Shown here: positions 25,215 through 33,483 of the stretch, one piece after another
How positions within the stretch are numbered: the stretch's first letter is position 1
Layout: each line of letters starts with the position of its first letter
Assembly: GCA_036735585.1 (NCBI GenBank)
Contig: DAINOB010000001.1
Coordinates: 1 to 33,483 of the forward strand
Source: Cytophagales bacterium
GTDB taxonomy: Bacteria; Bacteroidota; Bacteroidia; Cytophagales; JAIYAX01
Reading direction: 5' to 3'
DNA length: 33,483 bases
The notes under the pieces: model-generated
The model's input: only the letters and a program-made list of their open reading frames with translations
Databases searched by the model: none
Told to the model about the DNA's origin: nothing
Program-made: the position numbers and the translations under genes

Positions 25215-26855
25215 TCAATCGTGCAACTGATAAACCCATTCTCCGGCAATCATAGTTTTCATGACATTAACATTCCGTGTTTGTGTTCCCTGTTCAACCA
25301 TAATATCAGATTCCAACACCACCAAATCAGCTTGATATCCTATAGCCAGCTTCCCTAATCGGTGGTCTTCAAAAGCAGCATAGGCTGCGCCTAATGTCAT
25401 ACAATCCATTGCTTCTTTACTTGAAAGGGCATTGCGCTTTTGGAATCCATTATCAGGAAAGCCTGAAGCGTCTTGCCTAGTAACTGCAGCATGAAATCCA
25501 TACAAAGGATTGATGTCTTCAACCGGAAAATCTGATCCGCATGCTAAGATGCCTGCCTCATCCAACAATTGTCTATAAGCATAGGCATATGAAATTCTCT
25601 CTTTCCCGAGCCTTTCTTCTGCCCAGTACATATCGGAGGTGCAGTGTGTAGGCTGCACAGAAGGAATGATTTTATGTTTACCAAAAATGGAGAAATCCTG
25701 TGGATGTATTACTTGCGCATGCTCAATTCTCCATCTAAGAGGATTGCCTGAAGAAATCACCTCCGCATAGATACCTAGCATCGTTCTATTTGCAGAGTCG
25801 CCAATGCAATGGGTGTTTAACTGAAATCCTTGTTGATGGACTTGGCGGGCTATCATTTGCAATTGCTGTGGGGCTTTAAGCAAAAAACCCATAGTTTGAG
25901 GCTTGTCCTCGTAAGGATGTAGCAAACATGCACCTCTGGAACCCAAAGCCCCGTCAGCGTAGAGCTTGTAGGAGTCAACCTTAAACCCTTCTTGTTTAAT
26001 CTTACCTCTTTTGGCGAAAAATTGAATGTTCTCCTGAGAAGCTGAAGCCATAGCATTAAGACGAATTTTAAGCCGCTTATCTTTATAGATTTTTTCAAAA
26101 ATCAACAAATCTGGCAAGTCCAGTCCCGCATCTGTTAGATAGGTTAATCCTTTAGAAAGCATTTCCTTTTCTGCTTGAAGCAATAAATTTTCTTTGACTT
26201 CGGAATCAGGTTTAGGAATGATTTTTTTTACCAAATTCATGGCATTGTCTACAAGTATTCCAGTGACTCTACCTTGGGAAGAAACTACCTCCCCTCCTTC
26301 AATTTGAATAGGATTGTCTAGTACTCCTGCCATTTGTAATGCTTTGCTACTCACATAAGCGGCATGACCATCTACTCTCACAAGATATACTGGGATATTT
26401 GGAAAAAGACTGTCCAAAAGCGACCGATCAGGAAATTGCTTTTCAGGCCATTTGTTTTGATCCCAACCTCTACCTAATATCCAACTTTGCTCTGGAAATC
26501 TTTTTCTATGTTCTTTCAGGCGATCTGCCAACTCAGATATCGACTCCACTCCTACCAAATTAGCCTCCAACTTACCTAAAGCATACCCTAGAAAGTGACA
26601 ATGTGCATCGTGAAATCCGGGATAAACTGCTTTACCATTAAGATCTAAGGATGGAACTGAGTGATACTTTTTGAGCAACTCTTTTGAACTACCCAAAGCT
26701 TTGACAATGCCATTATCAATATATATGGATTCTACCTTTTCATTGCCTCCGTCCGAGGTGTAAATGTTGCCATTAAAGAGCAACAGCTTTTGCCCAAATG
26801 CTATTGGAAGAAAATGAAAACATAGAACTACACTTAATACAAGTTGCTTGTTCAT
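25215..26855 (-). CDS. Secreted amidohydrolase family protein (YtcJ-like, Amidohydro_3)
   Basis: Signal peptide, PGFHDAHCHF metal-binding HxH motif, and later HCIGD and GSDFPVE motifs typical of metal-dependent amidohydrolases. 546 aa. Confidence 0.8.
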   Translation of the reverse strand: MNKQLVLSVVLCFHFLPIAFGQKLLLFNGNIYTSDGGNEKVESIYIDNGIVKALGSSKELLKKYHSVPSLDLNGKAVYPGFHDAHCHFLGYALGKLEANLVGVESISELADRLKEHRKRFPEQSWILGRGWDQNKWPEKQFPDRSLLDSLFPNIPVYLVRVDGHAAYVSSKALQMAGVLDNPIQIEGGEVVSSQGRVTGILVDNAMNLVKKIIPKPDSEVKENLLLQAEKEMLSKGLTYLTDAGLDLPDLLIFEKIYKDKRLKIRLNAMASASQENIQFFAKRGKIKQEGFKVDSYKLYADGALGSRGACLLHPYEDKPQTMGFLLKAPQQLQMIARQVHQQGFQLNTHCIGDSANRTMLGIYAEVISSGNPLRWRIEHAQVIHPQDFSIFGKHKIIPSVQPTHCTSDMYWAEERLGKERISYAYAYRQLLDEAGILACGSDFPVEDINPLYGFHAAVTRQDASGFPDNGFQKRNALSSKEAMDCMTLGAAYAAFEDHRLGKLAIGYQADLVVLESDIMVEQGTQTRNVNVMKTMIAGEWVYQLHD

Positions 26856-26861
26856 AGTTGC

Positions 26862-27635
26862 TCAATCAAATCTTAGATGCTTTACCGATTCACCCGAAAA
26901 TTCTAACTCTCGAAGCGCATCAATCCCAATTTCAAGGTGTTTTTGCGCAAAACTTTGGGTTACTATTTTATCACTTAACTCAGTTTTAACACCTTCGGGG
27001 ATCATAGGATTGTCAGAAACTAACAAAAGCGCCCCGTGAGGAATCTCATTGATGAAGCCTACTACAAAAATGGTCGCAGTTTCCATATCTATACCCATAG
27101 CTCTTATGCGGGTCAGGTATTTTTTAAATTCTTCATCATGCTCCCATACCCTTCTATTGGTGGTATATACTGTGCCTGTCCAATAATCAAGTTCATGTTT
27201 TTTAATCATGGATGAAACGGCTCTCTGAAGCTGGAAGGAAGGCAAAGCTGGTATTTCTGGAGGAAGATAATCGTTGGAAGTACCTTCACCTCGAATGGCT
27301 GCAATGGGTAGAATCAAATCCCCAACCTTATTCTTCTTTTTCAAGCCTCCACATTTACCTAGAAAGAGAGCAGCTGTAGGTTTTACAGCGGAAATCAGAT
27401 CCATCACTGTGGCTGCCATAGCGCTGCCCATTCCAAAATTGATGATAGTAATGTTTTGGTAGGTGGCTGTTTGCATAGGTCGATCTTTACCCAAAACAGG
27501 CACCTCAAACTTATCAGCAAACATATCTACGTAGTTGATGAAGTTTGTTAAGAGAATGTACTTACCAAAGGATTCTAAGGGAGTCCCTGTATATCTAGGA
27601 AGCCAATTCTCTACTATTTGGTTTTTATCAATCAT
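26862..27635 (-). CDS. amn: AMP nucleosidase-like protein (short Bacteroidota form, PNP/UDP phosphorylase superfamily)
   Basis: NWLPRYTG...ILLTNF...INFGMGSAMAAT...LFLGKCGGLKK...ILPIAAIRGEGTS.DY block pattern matches short AMP nucleosidases. 257 aa. Confidence 0.75.
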   Translation of the reverse strand: MIDKNQIVENWLPRYTGTPLESFGKYILLTNFINYVDMFADKFEVPVLGKDRPMQTATYQNITIINFGMGSAMAATVMDLISAVKPTAALFLGKCGGLKKKNKVGDLILPIAAIRGEGTSNDYLPPEIPALPSFQLQRAVSSMIKKHELDYWTGTVYTTNRRVWEHDEEFKKYLTRIRAMGIDMETATIFVVGFINEIPHGALLLVSDNPMIPEGVKTELSDKIVTQSFAQKHLEIGIDALRELEFSGESVKHLRFD

Positions 27636-27677
27636 AGGAAGTAGTTGGGTACTTGCAGATATGCATAGATTTGAAAG

Positions 27678-28139
27678 ATGATTCCTCTGAATTTCCCCAA
27701 TGTGGATTGCAAAGTTAAATTTTCTGAGAGCAGAGCTTACATTTTCGATGCACTTAGGAAAAAATATATTCTAATGACACCGGAGGAATGGGTGAGGCAA
27801 CATTTGATTCACTGGCTTTACACCCACTTAGGCTACCCCAAATCTTTAATGCAAATTGAAAAAGGCTATATAAACCCAAAGAATTTAAAAAGACGAACCG
27901 ATCTACTTGTAAGAGATACGCACGGGAATGCACTTCTACTTTGTGAATGCAAAGCGGCAGAAATATCACTCAATGAAATTTCTGTAAGGCAAGCGGTAGT
28001 CTATAATGAATTCTATAATGCTCCCTGGATTATGGTAACCAATGGGTTGAAACATGTATATCTTCACCGTGATCAAAAACTAGGAAAATACGTCCAATGG
28101 AAGCAATTGCCTACTTTTAGCCAGTTAATTGAAAAATAA
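27678..28139 (+). CDS. Stand-alone HsdR_N-like (PD-(D/E)xK fold) domain protein
   Basis: 153 aa. EEWVRQHLIHWL...GYP...I.IE... then RTDLLVRD...ALLLCECKA gives a D...ExK nuclease-type motif, as in type I restriction HsdR N-terminal domain-only proteins. No hsdM, hsdS or helicase gene is nearby. Confidence 0.65.
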   Translation: MIPLNFPNVDCKVKFSESRAYIFDALRKKYILMTPEEWVRQHLIHWLYTHLGYPKSLMQIEKGYINPKNLKRRTDLLVRDTHGNALLLCECKAAEISLNEISVRQAVVYNEFYNAPWIMVTNGLKHVYLHRDQKLGKYVQWKQLPTFSQLIEK

Positions 28140-28146
28140 TATTCGT

Positions 28147-29832
28147 ATGGATTTAAAAGGGTTGCCTTTATGGCCTTTCATTTTTTTGCTCTTAGTCTAT
28201 GTGGCAGGCATGTTCATCGATATTATGGATGTAGACGCATCTCAATATGCCTCTATGTCAAGAGAGATGCTAGAAACAGGTGAATACTTGAAACTTTACA
28301 ATAGATACCAAGATTACCTGGACAAACCCCCACTCCTGTTTTGGGTATCTTCTTTATCATTTAAGCTACTTGGGATATCTAATTTTAGCTATAAACTGCC
28401 CACTGTTCTTTTCACGATAATAGGACTATGGTCTACTTTCAAGCTTGGTTCACTTCTTTATAATCCACGCACGGGTTACTATGCAGCACTGGTATTGGGT
28501 ACTTGTCAGGCATGGTTTCTAATCAATCATGACATAAGAACTGATACCATTCTTGCTGCAAGCACCATTTATGGATTGTATCATTTGATTCTTTTCGACA
28601 AAACTGAGAAGCTTCAATTTTTAGTTTTGGGAGCTATTGGTGTGGCAGGAGCGGTCCTTACTAAAGGTCCTATTGGCCTAATGGTTCCTGCCTTGGCAAT
28701 GGGTACTGATTTTATAGCACGCAGAGCATGGGGTTCTATTTTTCGCTGGCAATGGCTCTTGATGTTGGCGATAGTTGGCCTTTTGATAAGTCCATTTTTG
28801 TATGGTTTGTATGAACAATTTGATAGATCACCAGGAAAGGTAATCAACGGTATGGTTATCGATTCTGGCATCAAGTTCTACTTATGGACCCAAAGCTTTG
28901 GAAGGCTTACTGGTGAAAATGCCTGGAGAGACAATAGCACCGTATTCTTTTTTACCCACACCTTTTTATGGTCATTTCTGCCTTGGTCTGTTTTTTACTT
29001 ACTAGGGCTTTGGGATCAGATCAAAACTATAATAAAAGGCAAGTCTGATTCTATCTTACCTGAGTTGTTCACTCTAGGTGGGTTTATCCTTCCCTTTATC
29101 GCATTTTCGCTATCCAACTACAAGCTGCCACACTACATTTATGTCATTTTCCCGCTTGCCGCTATTACCACGGGACGTTATTTATCTATTCTATCTGATG
29201 CCGATACCTATAACAACAAAGTGATAAAGACGATGACCATTGTACAAGGAGTACATGTATTTGCTTTTGCTTTGATCGTTGGGCTTTTGTCAATCATTTC
29301 ATTCCCTGGTATGAGTTGGTGGAAATGGGCATTATTTATAATACTGTGGTCAGGTGCTCTTTATCATTTGTTTAAAGACAAAAGCTTCATTGGTCGGTGT
29401 ATTCAGGCATCGGTTTTAGCCATTCTAGCAGTAAATTGGGTGCTCAATACACATGTGTATCCAGCCCTTTTACAATACCAAAGCTACAAAGTAGCAGCGC
29501 TCAAAGTAAGGGAGATGAATGTAGCACCTCAATATTTTATGACTTTGGCGGAAAGCTTGCACAGTATGGACTTTTATAGCAGGAGAATAGTTACTGATCT
29601 CTCCAGTGTAGATATGCTGAGAGAAACAATGATGAAACAAGACAGTCTTTACTTGTATACCAATAGTGACCGTCTGAGTGAAGTTAAAAGCTTAAATAAA
29701 TGGAAAGTAACTGTGATCCAAGAAATGGACCACTTTCATGTCACTCAGCTTACGTTGAAATTCTTAAACCCAAGCAGAAGGTCAGCAGAAGTGAAAAAGA
29801 GATATTTAGTAAAGGTAGAAAAGCAAATCTAA
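28147..29832 (+). CDS. Glycosyltransferase family 39 (ArnT/PMT-like) membrane protein
   Basis: DVDASQYASMSREMLETGEYL...YLDKPPLLFW N-terminal loop motif and more than 10 TM segments. The track start at 28129 is TTG inside the upstream gene; the ATG at 28147 follows its stop. Confidence 0.8.
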   Translation: MDLKGLPLWPFIFLLLVYVAGMFIDIMDVDASQYASMSREMLETGEYLKLYNRYQDYLDKPPLLFWVSSLSFKLLGISNFSYKLPTVLFTIIGLWSTFKLGSLLYNPRTGYYAALVLGTCQAWFLINHDIRTDTILAASTIYGLYHLILFDKTEKLQFLVLGAIGVAGAVLTKGPIGLMVPALAMGTDFIARRAWGSIFRWQWLLMLAIVGLLISPFLYGLYEQFDRSPGKVINGMVIDSGIKFYLWTQSFGRLTGENAWRDNSTVFFFTHTFLWSFLPWSVFYLLGLWDQIKTIIKGKSDSILPELFTLGGFILPFIAFSLSNYKLPHYIYVIFPLAAITTGRYLSILSDADTYNNKVIKTMTIVQGVHVFAFALIVGLLSIISFPGMSWWKWALFIILWSGALYHLFKDKSFIGRCIQASVLAILAVNWVLNTHVYPALLQYQSYKVAALKVREMNVAPQYFMTLAESLHSMDFYSRRIVTDLSSVDMLRETMMKQDSLYLYTNSDRLSEVKSLNKWKVTVIQEMDHFHVTQLTLKFLNPSRRSAEVKKRYLVKVEKQI

Positions 29833-29836
29833 AGCA

Positions 29837-30544
29837 CTAAATATCACCCAATTGAGGTCTTATTAAAAGCTCCTCCACTACCGTAGATGCGCTTAAAGAA
29901 TAACATGCCCATATGCTATCTGCGATATCTTGAGGCTGGATAAAACGTTCTTCAGGTAAATCTACTCCATCCCAACTGCTGGTAAGAACTGCTCCTGGCA
30001 AAACACTTGTCACTTTTACTCCTGAGTGTTTGGTTTCTTCTCTCAACACTTTGCTCATGCCCAACAAAGCAAATTTGGTGATTGAATAAGATCCTCCATT
30101 GGCATACGCCATAATACTAGCTATGGAGCATATATTAAAAACATGACCTTTCCCTGCTGAAATCATATTTGGAACAATGCCTCTGCTTACATGATAGGCA
30201 GAAAATAGATTGGCTTGCATCATATGTTCCAGCGAGTTCTCTTCTTCTGTCAAAATAGAACCAGGTTTAAAGTATCCAGTGTTGTTGATTAAAACATGGA
30301 TAGGATGTGCGATTGCATGTATAAAATTTAGAAAGTCACTCACTTGAGCCCTCTCTGACAAATCGCAGGCATAGTAGTGAAGTGTTCTGCTGGGAAAGTT
30401 TTTCTGGAAATCTTGAATGAGCGCTTTACCGTCTTCCGCATGTCTAGAGCAAGTTATGATATTGTATCCCTTTGAGGCAAACATATTTACGAGGGCAAGA
30501 CCTATACCACGAGTGCCACCAGTAATAACAGCTGATTGATACAT
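29837..30544 (-). CDS. SDR family oxidoreductase
   Basis: ITGGTRGIGLAL (TGxxxGxG) and YSITKFAL (YxxxK) motifs. 235 aa. Confidence 0.9.
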   Translation of the reverse strand: MYQSAVITGGTRGIGLALVNMFASKGYNIITCSRHAEDGKALIQDFQKNFPSRTLHYYACDLSERAQVSDFLNFIHAIAHPIHVLINNTGYFKPGSILTEEENSLEHMMQANLFSAYHVSRGIVPNMISAGKGHVFNICSIASIMAYANGGSYSITKFALLGMSKVLREETKHSGVKVTSVLPGAVLTSSWDGVDLPEERFIQPQDIADSIWACYSLSASTVVEELLIRPQLGDI

Positions 30545-30551
30545 GAGATTT

Positions 30552-31100
30552 TTAAAACTTGGTCTTTAGAATTTCAGAAGCGATGATGGCTTGCTTGAGA
30601 GTTTGAGGATTTTTCAGGAGAACAGAATATATATTTTCTTTTTTCTCCTCATGTTGAAACTCTTTAAATAGCGACCCCCTTTCATAGCTTTCATCAAGAC
30701 CTGTGGAAGGATTGGTGGACTCCAAGCTTTTATTTTCTGTGTAGTAAGTATCTATTTCAGTCTTACCTGTTTTTGCCTTAATCATCTTCTTTGATGGCAA
30801 AGACTGCGCTGAAGGTTTCTTAAATGCTGTAGATCTAGAGGGCAAAGGATCTGAAGCTGGCTTTCGCACTACTACAGGTACAGGCTCCAAGGCTTCTTTT
30901 GGCATTGGAGGATTTATTTTTTCGAGTTTCCGCTCTTCCAAAATCTCCTTCAATACCTCTTCAAATGTAGGCGTGGTCTCAGTTCGTTCTTGATTGGGAT
31001 TCCCCGTATTCTGTGGAGCCTTTTTTCTGGCACCTCTCAATTGAAATATGAAGTAAATAATACCAGCAATAATGTAGAGCCAATTTGAATAGTCTTCCAT
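30552..31100 (-). CDS. Hypothetical membrane-anchored Pro/Lys/Glu-rich protein
   Basis: N-terminal TM helix (WLYIIAGIIYFIFQL), then a low-complexity linker, with a conserved-looking C-terminal QAIIASEILKTKF. It lies 7 nt upstream of the SDR gene on the same strand. Confidence 0.5.
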   Translation of the reverse strand: MEDYSNWLYIIAGIIYFIFQLRGARKKAPQNTGNPNQERTETTPTFEEVLKEILEERKLEKINPPMPKEALEPVPVVVRKPASDPLPSRSTAFKKPSAQSLPSKKMIKAKTGKTEIDTYYTENKSLESTNPSTGLDESYERGSLFKEFQHEEKKENIYSVLLKNPQTLKQAIIASEILKTKF

Positions 31101-31123
31101 AAATCAAAAGTAGGAATTATTCC

Positions 31124-31131
31124 TATTTTTG
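31124..31131 (+). promoter_or_regulatory. Candidate Bacteroidota -7 promoter element (TAnnTTTG) for smc
   Basis: Exact TATTTTTG match 19 nt upstream of the smc ATG, immediately 3' of a 15-nt palindrome. Confidence 0.3.
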
Positions 31132-31149
31132 CCTCCCCCCTTCTAAGCG

Positions 31150-33483
31150 ATGCAGCTCAATACACTAGAAATTAAAGGATTTAAAAGCTTTGGCGACAAA
31201 ATCGTGATCCATTTTGATCAAGGAATCACAGGTATTGTAGGGCCTAATGGGTGTGGAAAGTCCAACATTGTAGATGCCATACGCTGGGTATTGGGTGAGC
31301 AAAAATCAAGAATGCTTCGCTCCGACAAGATGGAGAACGTCATTTTTAATGGCACAAGCAATCGCAAGCCTTCACAATTGGCAGAGGTATCGCTCACTTT
31401 TAGCAATACTAAAAACTTGCTTCCTACAGAATACAATCAAGTGACCATCACTCGCAAGTATTACAGAAGTGGTGAAAGCGAGTATTTACTCAATGGGGTT
31501 AATTGTAGATTAAAGGACATCACCAACCTTTTCCTAGATACGGGGATAGGACCTGATAGCTATGCAATCATTGAGCTTAAAATGATTGATGAAATCCTGA
31601 ATGACAAGGAAAATTCCCGAAGATTACTATTTGAAGAAGCCGCTGGAGTTTCAAAATTTAAAATCAGGAAAAAAGAGACCTTCCGAAAACTGGAAGACAC
31701 CGATGCAGACCTGGCAAGGGTAGACGATTTGCTTTTTGAGATCAACAAAAATCTTAAAAGCCTTGAAAAACAAGCCAGACAAGCAGAGCAATATCTGACG
31801 TTAAAAAAGGAATTACGAGATAAATCTATTGAATGGGCGGCTGTTCTGGTTCAAAACGAATCGCATAGACTTGAACAAATCAACCAACGGATAAAAACTG
31901 AAAATGACCTAAAAACGAATCTGAGTACTCAGCTTGGTGAGTTGAATAGCAAATCAGAAAAGGTAAAACTAGACATTGTGCATGCGGAGAATCTTGTTGG
32001 CTCTAGGCAAAAAACATTCAATGAACAGATCAATAAGATCAGGAATTATGAAAGTGAACGAAAAATAAAAAATGAGCGATTGCGCTACCTCACCGAGCGT
32101 AGAGATGCTCTGACAGAGCAAAGAGACTCTGATAAGAAAAGCCTGGAAAGAGCAGAGTTTACGATTAAAAGTTTGCAAGATGAAGCCTATGAAATAACTC
32201 AGGCGGTGAAGCTTATTCGCGAAAAAGTGAAACTGCTTGAAGTCAATTATCAAGAAAGTAAAGCTGACGCAGACACGTATGCCAGAGATATGAGTATGCT
32301 CAACGATACAGTAAATGCTATCCAGCAAGCATTTTATGAGAAATCAAAAAATCTGGAGCTCTTTCAAATACAGCTCAACGCTACCAAAAACGAACTCGAA
32401 AAGACTACAGCGGGCGAACAGCAGAAAAATACTTCCTTGGTAGATTTCACCTCAAAGCTCAAGGAGGTGATAGATCAATTAAAGCTTGAAACCCAGCTAT
32501 TTGAAGAATTAAATTCTCAAGAAACCGAACTAGACCAAAAACTACTTCAGAAGACTGAAGATATTGAGCAGCTCAAAGAGGATGTAGCCAAACTTAATCG
32601 GCAACTAGATCAAAAACAAAACGAGTATAGCCTTACCAAATCCTTGGTGGAAAATCTGGAAGGGTTCCCAGAAGCCATTCGCTTTTTGAAAAAACATGCC
32701 GAATGGGGAAAGGATGCTCCTTTGCTATCGGATATTCTTACTTGCCCGGAAGAGTATAAGTTGACTATTGAAAATTTCCTTGAGCCCTACATGAATTATT
32801 ATGTAGTGGAAGATGAACGGCAAGCCTTACAGGCGGTAGAAATGCTTAGTAACTCCGCAAAAGGAAGAGCCAATTTTTTTCTTCTCAACAAGTTTGAAAA
32901 GGTAAAGCAAACCAGTCCTAGTTTCAGCACTCAAGCCACTCCAGCCATTGAGGTTGTAGAGTTTGATTTTGCTTTTAAAAATCTAGTAAGTCATTTGCTT
33001 CACAATGTATACCTCACCGATGATAAGGAAACCCTACTCCCTGACCAAGATGATGTGGTGTACCTAAGCAAAAATGCAAGACTTACTCGTAGAAAAAGAA
33101 GTATATCGGGTGGCTCGGTAGGTTTGTTTGAAGGAAAAAGAATAGGCAGGGCCAAAAATTTGGAAAAGCTACAGGAAGAAATAAAAAATCTCAATTCGAA
33201 GCTATCCAAGCAAAGGAAATTTCTAGAGGAATCACAACTTAAGTGGACTTCACTCAAAGAAAGCAGCCGCAAACAATTGATCGCTCAGAAAAGAGAACAT
33301 TTATATCAACTGCAGCAAGAGCAGACTGTCTTAAACACGAGACAAGAAGAATTTAAACATCAAATGCTCCATAGTGCCGGGCGTAGAGATGAGCTTATGG
33401 AGACTATTCTCACCTTAGAAAATACCATTAGAAAGCTGAGACCAGAAACCGATGAATTGTCTGCTGCACTTCAAAACAGCAGA
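31150..33483 (+). CDS. smc: Chromosome segregation protein SMC (3'-partial, first 778 codons)
   Basis: My translation gives MQLNTLEIKGFKSFGDKIVIHFDQGITGIVGPNGCGKSNIVDAIRWVLGEQ (Walker A), then long coiled-coil sequence and a hinge-like segment (~32700-32900). In the lines I spot-checked (near 32700-32820 and 33361-33483) the frame is open and SMC-like. It is absent from the ORF track, presumably because no stop falls inside the window. Confidence 0.9.
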   Translation, partial: MQLNTLEIKGFKSFGDKIVIHFDQGITGIVGPNGCGKSNIVDAIRWVLGEQKSRMLRSDKMENVIFNGTSNRKPSQLAEVSLTFSNTKNLLPTEYNQVTITRKYYRSGESEYLLNGVNCRLKDITNLFLDTGIGPDSYAIIELKMIDEILNDKENSRRLLFEEAAGVSKFKIRKKETFRKLEDTDADLARVDDLLFEINKNLKSLEKQARQAEQYLTLKKELRDKSIEWAAVLVQNESHRLEQINQRIKTENDLKTNLSTQLGELNSKSEKVKLDIVHAENLVGSRQKTFNEQINKIRNYESERKIKNERLRYLTERRDALTEQRDSDKKSLERAEFTIKSLQDEAYEITQAVKLIREKVKLLEVNYQESKADADTYARDMSMLNDTVNAIQQAFYEKSKNLELFQIQLNATKNELEKTTAGEQQKNTSLVDFTSKLKEVIDQLKLETQLFEELNSQETELDQKLLQKTEDIEQLKEDVAKLNRQLDQKQNEYSLTKSLVENLEGFPEAIRFLKKHAEWGKDAPLLSDILTCPEEYKLTIENFLEPYMNYYVVEDERQALQAVEMLSNSAKGRANFFLLNKFEKVKQTSPSFSTQATPAIEVVEFDFAFKNLVSHLLHNVYLTDDKETLLPDQDDVVYLSKNARLTRRKRSISGGSVGLFEGKRIGRAKNLEKLQEEIKNLNSKLSKQRKFLEESQLKWTSLKESSRKQLIAQKREHLYQLQQEQTVLNTRQEEFKHQMLHSAGRRDELMETILTLENTIRKLRPETDELSAALQNSR

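Noticed and set aside
31218-33272. Minus-strand ORFs 31218-31436, 31560-31748, 31969-32328 and 33000-33272
   Set aside because: They are antisense to the smc reading frame, which has a Walker A motif and continuous coiled-coil sequence to the window edge. Their translations are Ser/Leu/Phe-rich shadows.

Overview
This is a low-GC (roughly 40% by eye) chromosomal segment of Bacteroidota type. The gene content (T9SS type-B cargo, PorP/SprF, DUF1573, bacterial GH3, short-form AMP nucleosidase) suggests a gliding Cytophagia- or Flavobacteriia-like organism. The flanks are ordinary, tightly packed housekeeping genes. On the left are DUF922, a LysE exporter, GH3, yggS, DUF423, DUF1573, a PaaI thioesterase, NUDIX, coaD, a serine hydrolase and an RDD protein. 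On the right are an amidohydrolase, AMP nucleosidase, an HsdR_N-domain protein, a GT39 glycosyltransferase, an SDR and smc. The smc gene starts at 31150 and runs off the 3' edge, so it is missing from the ORF track; I found it by translating the frame. The centre (8.9-24.8 kb) is a type IX secretion (T9SS) surface-protein locus on the minus strand. It holds a giant ORF (11.4-11.6 kb, 3806-3855 aa), then a strong hairpin, then a 635-642 aa second cargo whose stop overlaps (ATGA) the start of a PorP/SprF-like gene. A second PorP/SprF-like gene is transcribed divergently upstream of the giant gene. Reading N- to C-terminus, the giant protein has a signal peptide, a ~450 aa non-repetitive Cys-containing head, 32 tandem diverged ~88 aa two-cysteine modules, 5 modules of a second class, and a canonical type-B (gliding-motility/CHU_C-like) C-terminal sorting domain. 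I saw no tRNA, rRNA, CRISPR array, transposase or integrase. Most extra ORFs in the track are antisense or shadow ORFs inside real genes. Several track starts are TTG or GTG, and I give the more plausible downstream ATG where that applies. All family assignments come from motif recognition by eye and need HMM confirmation.
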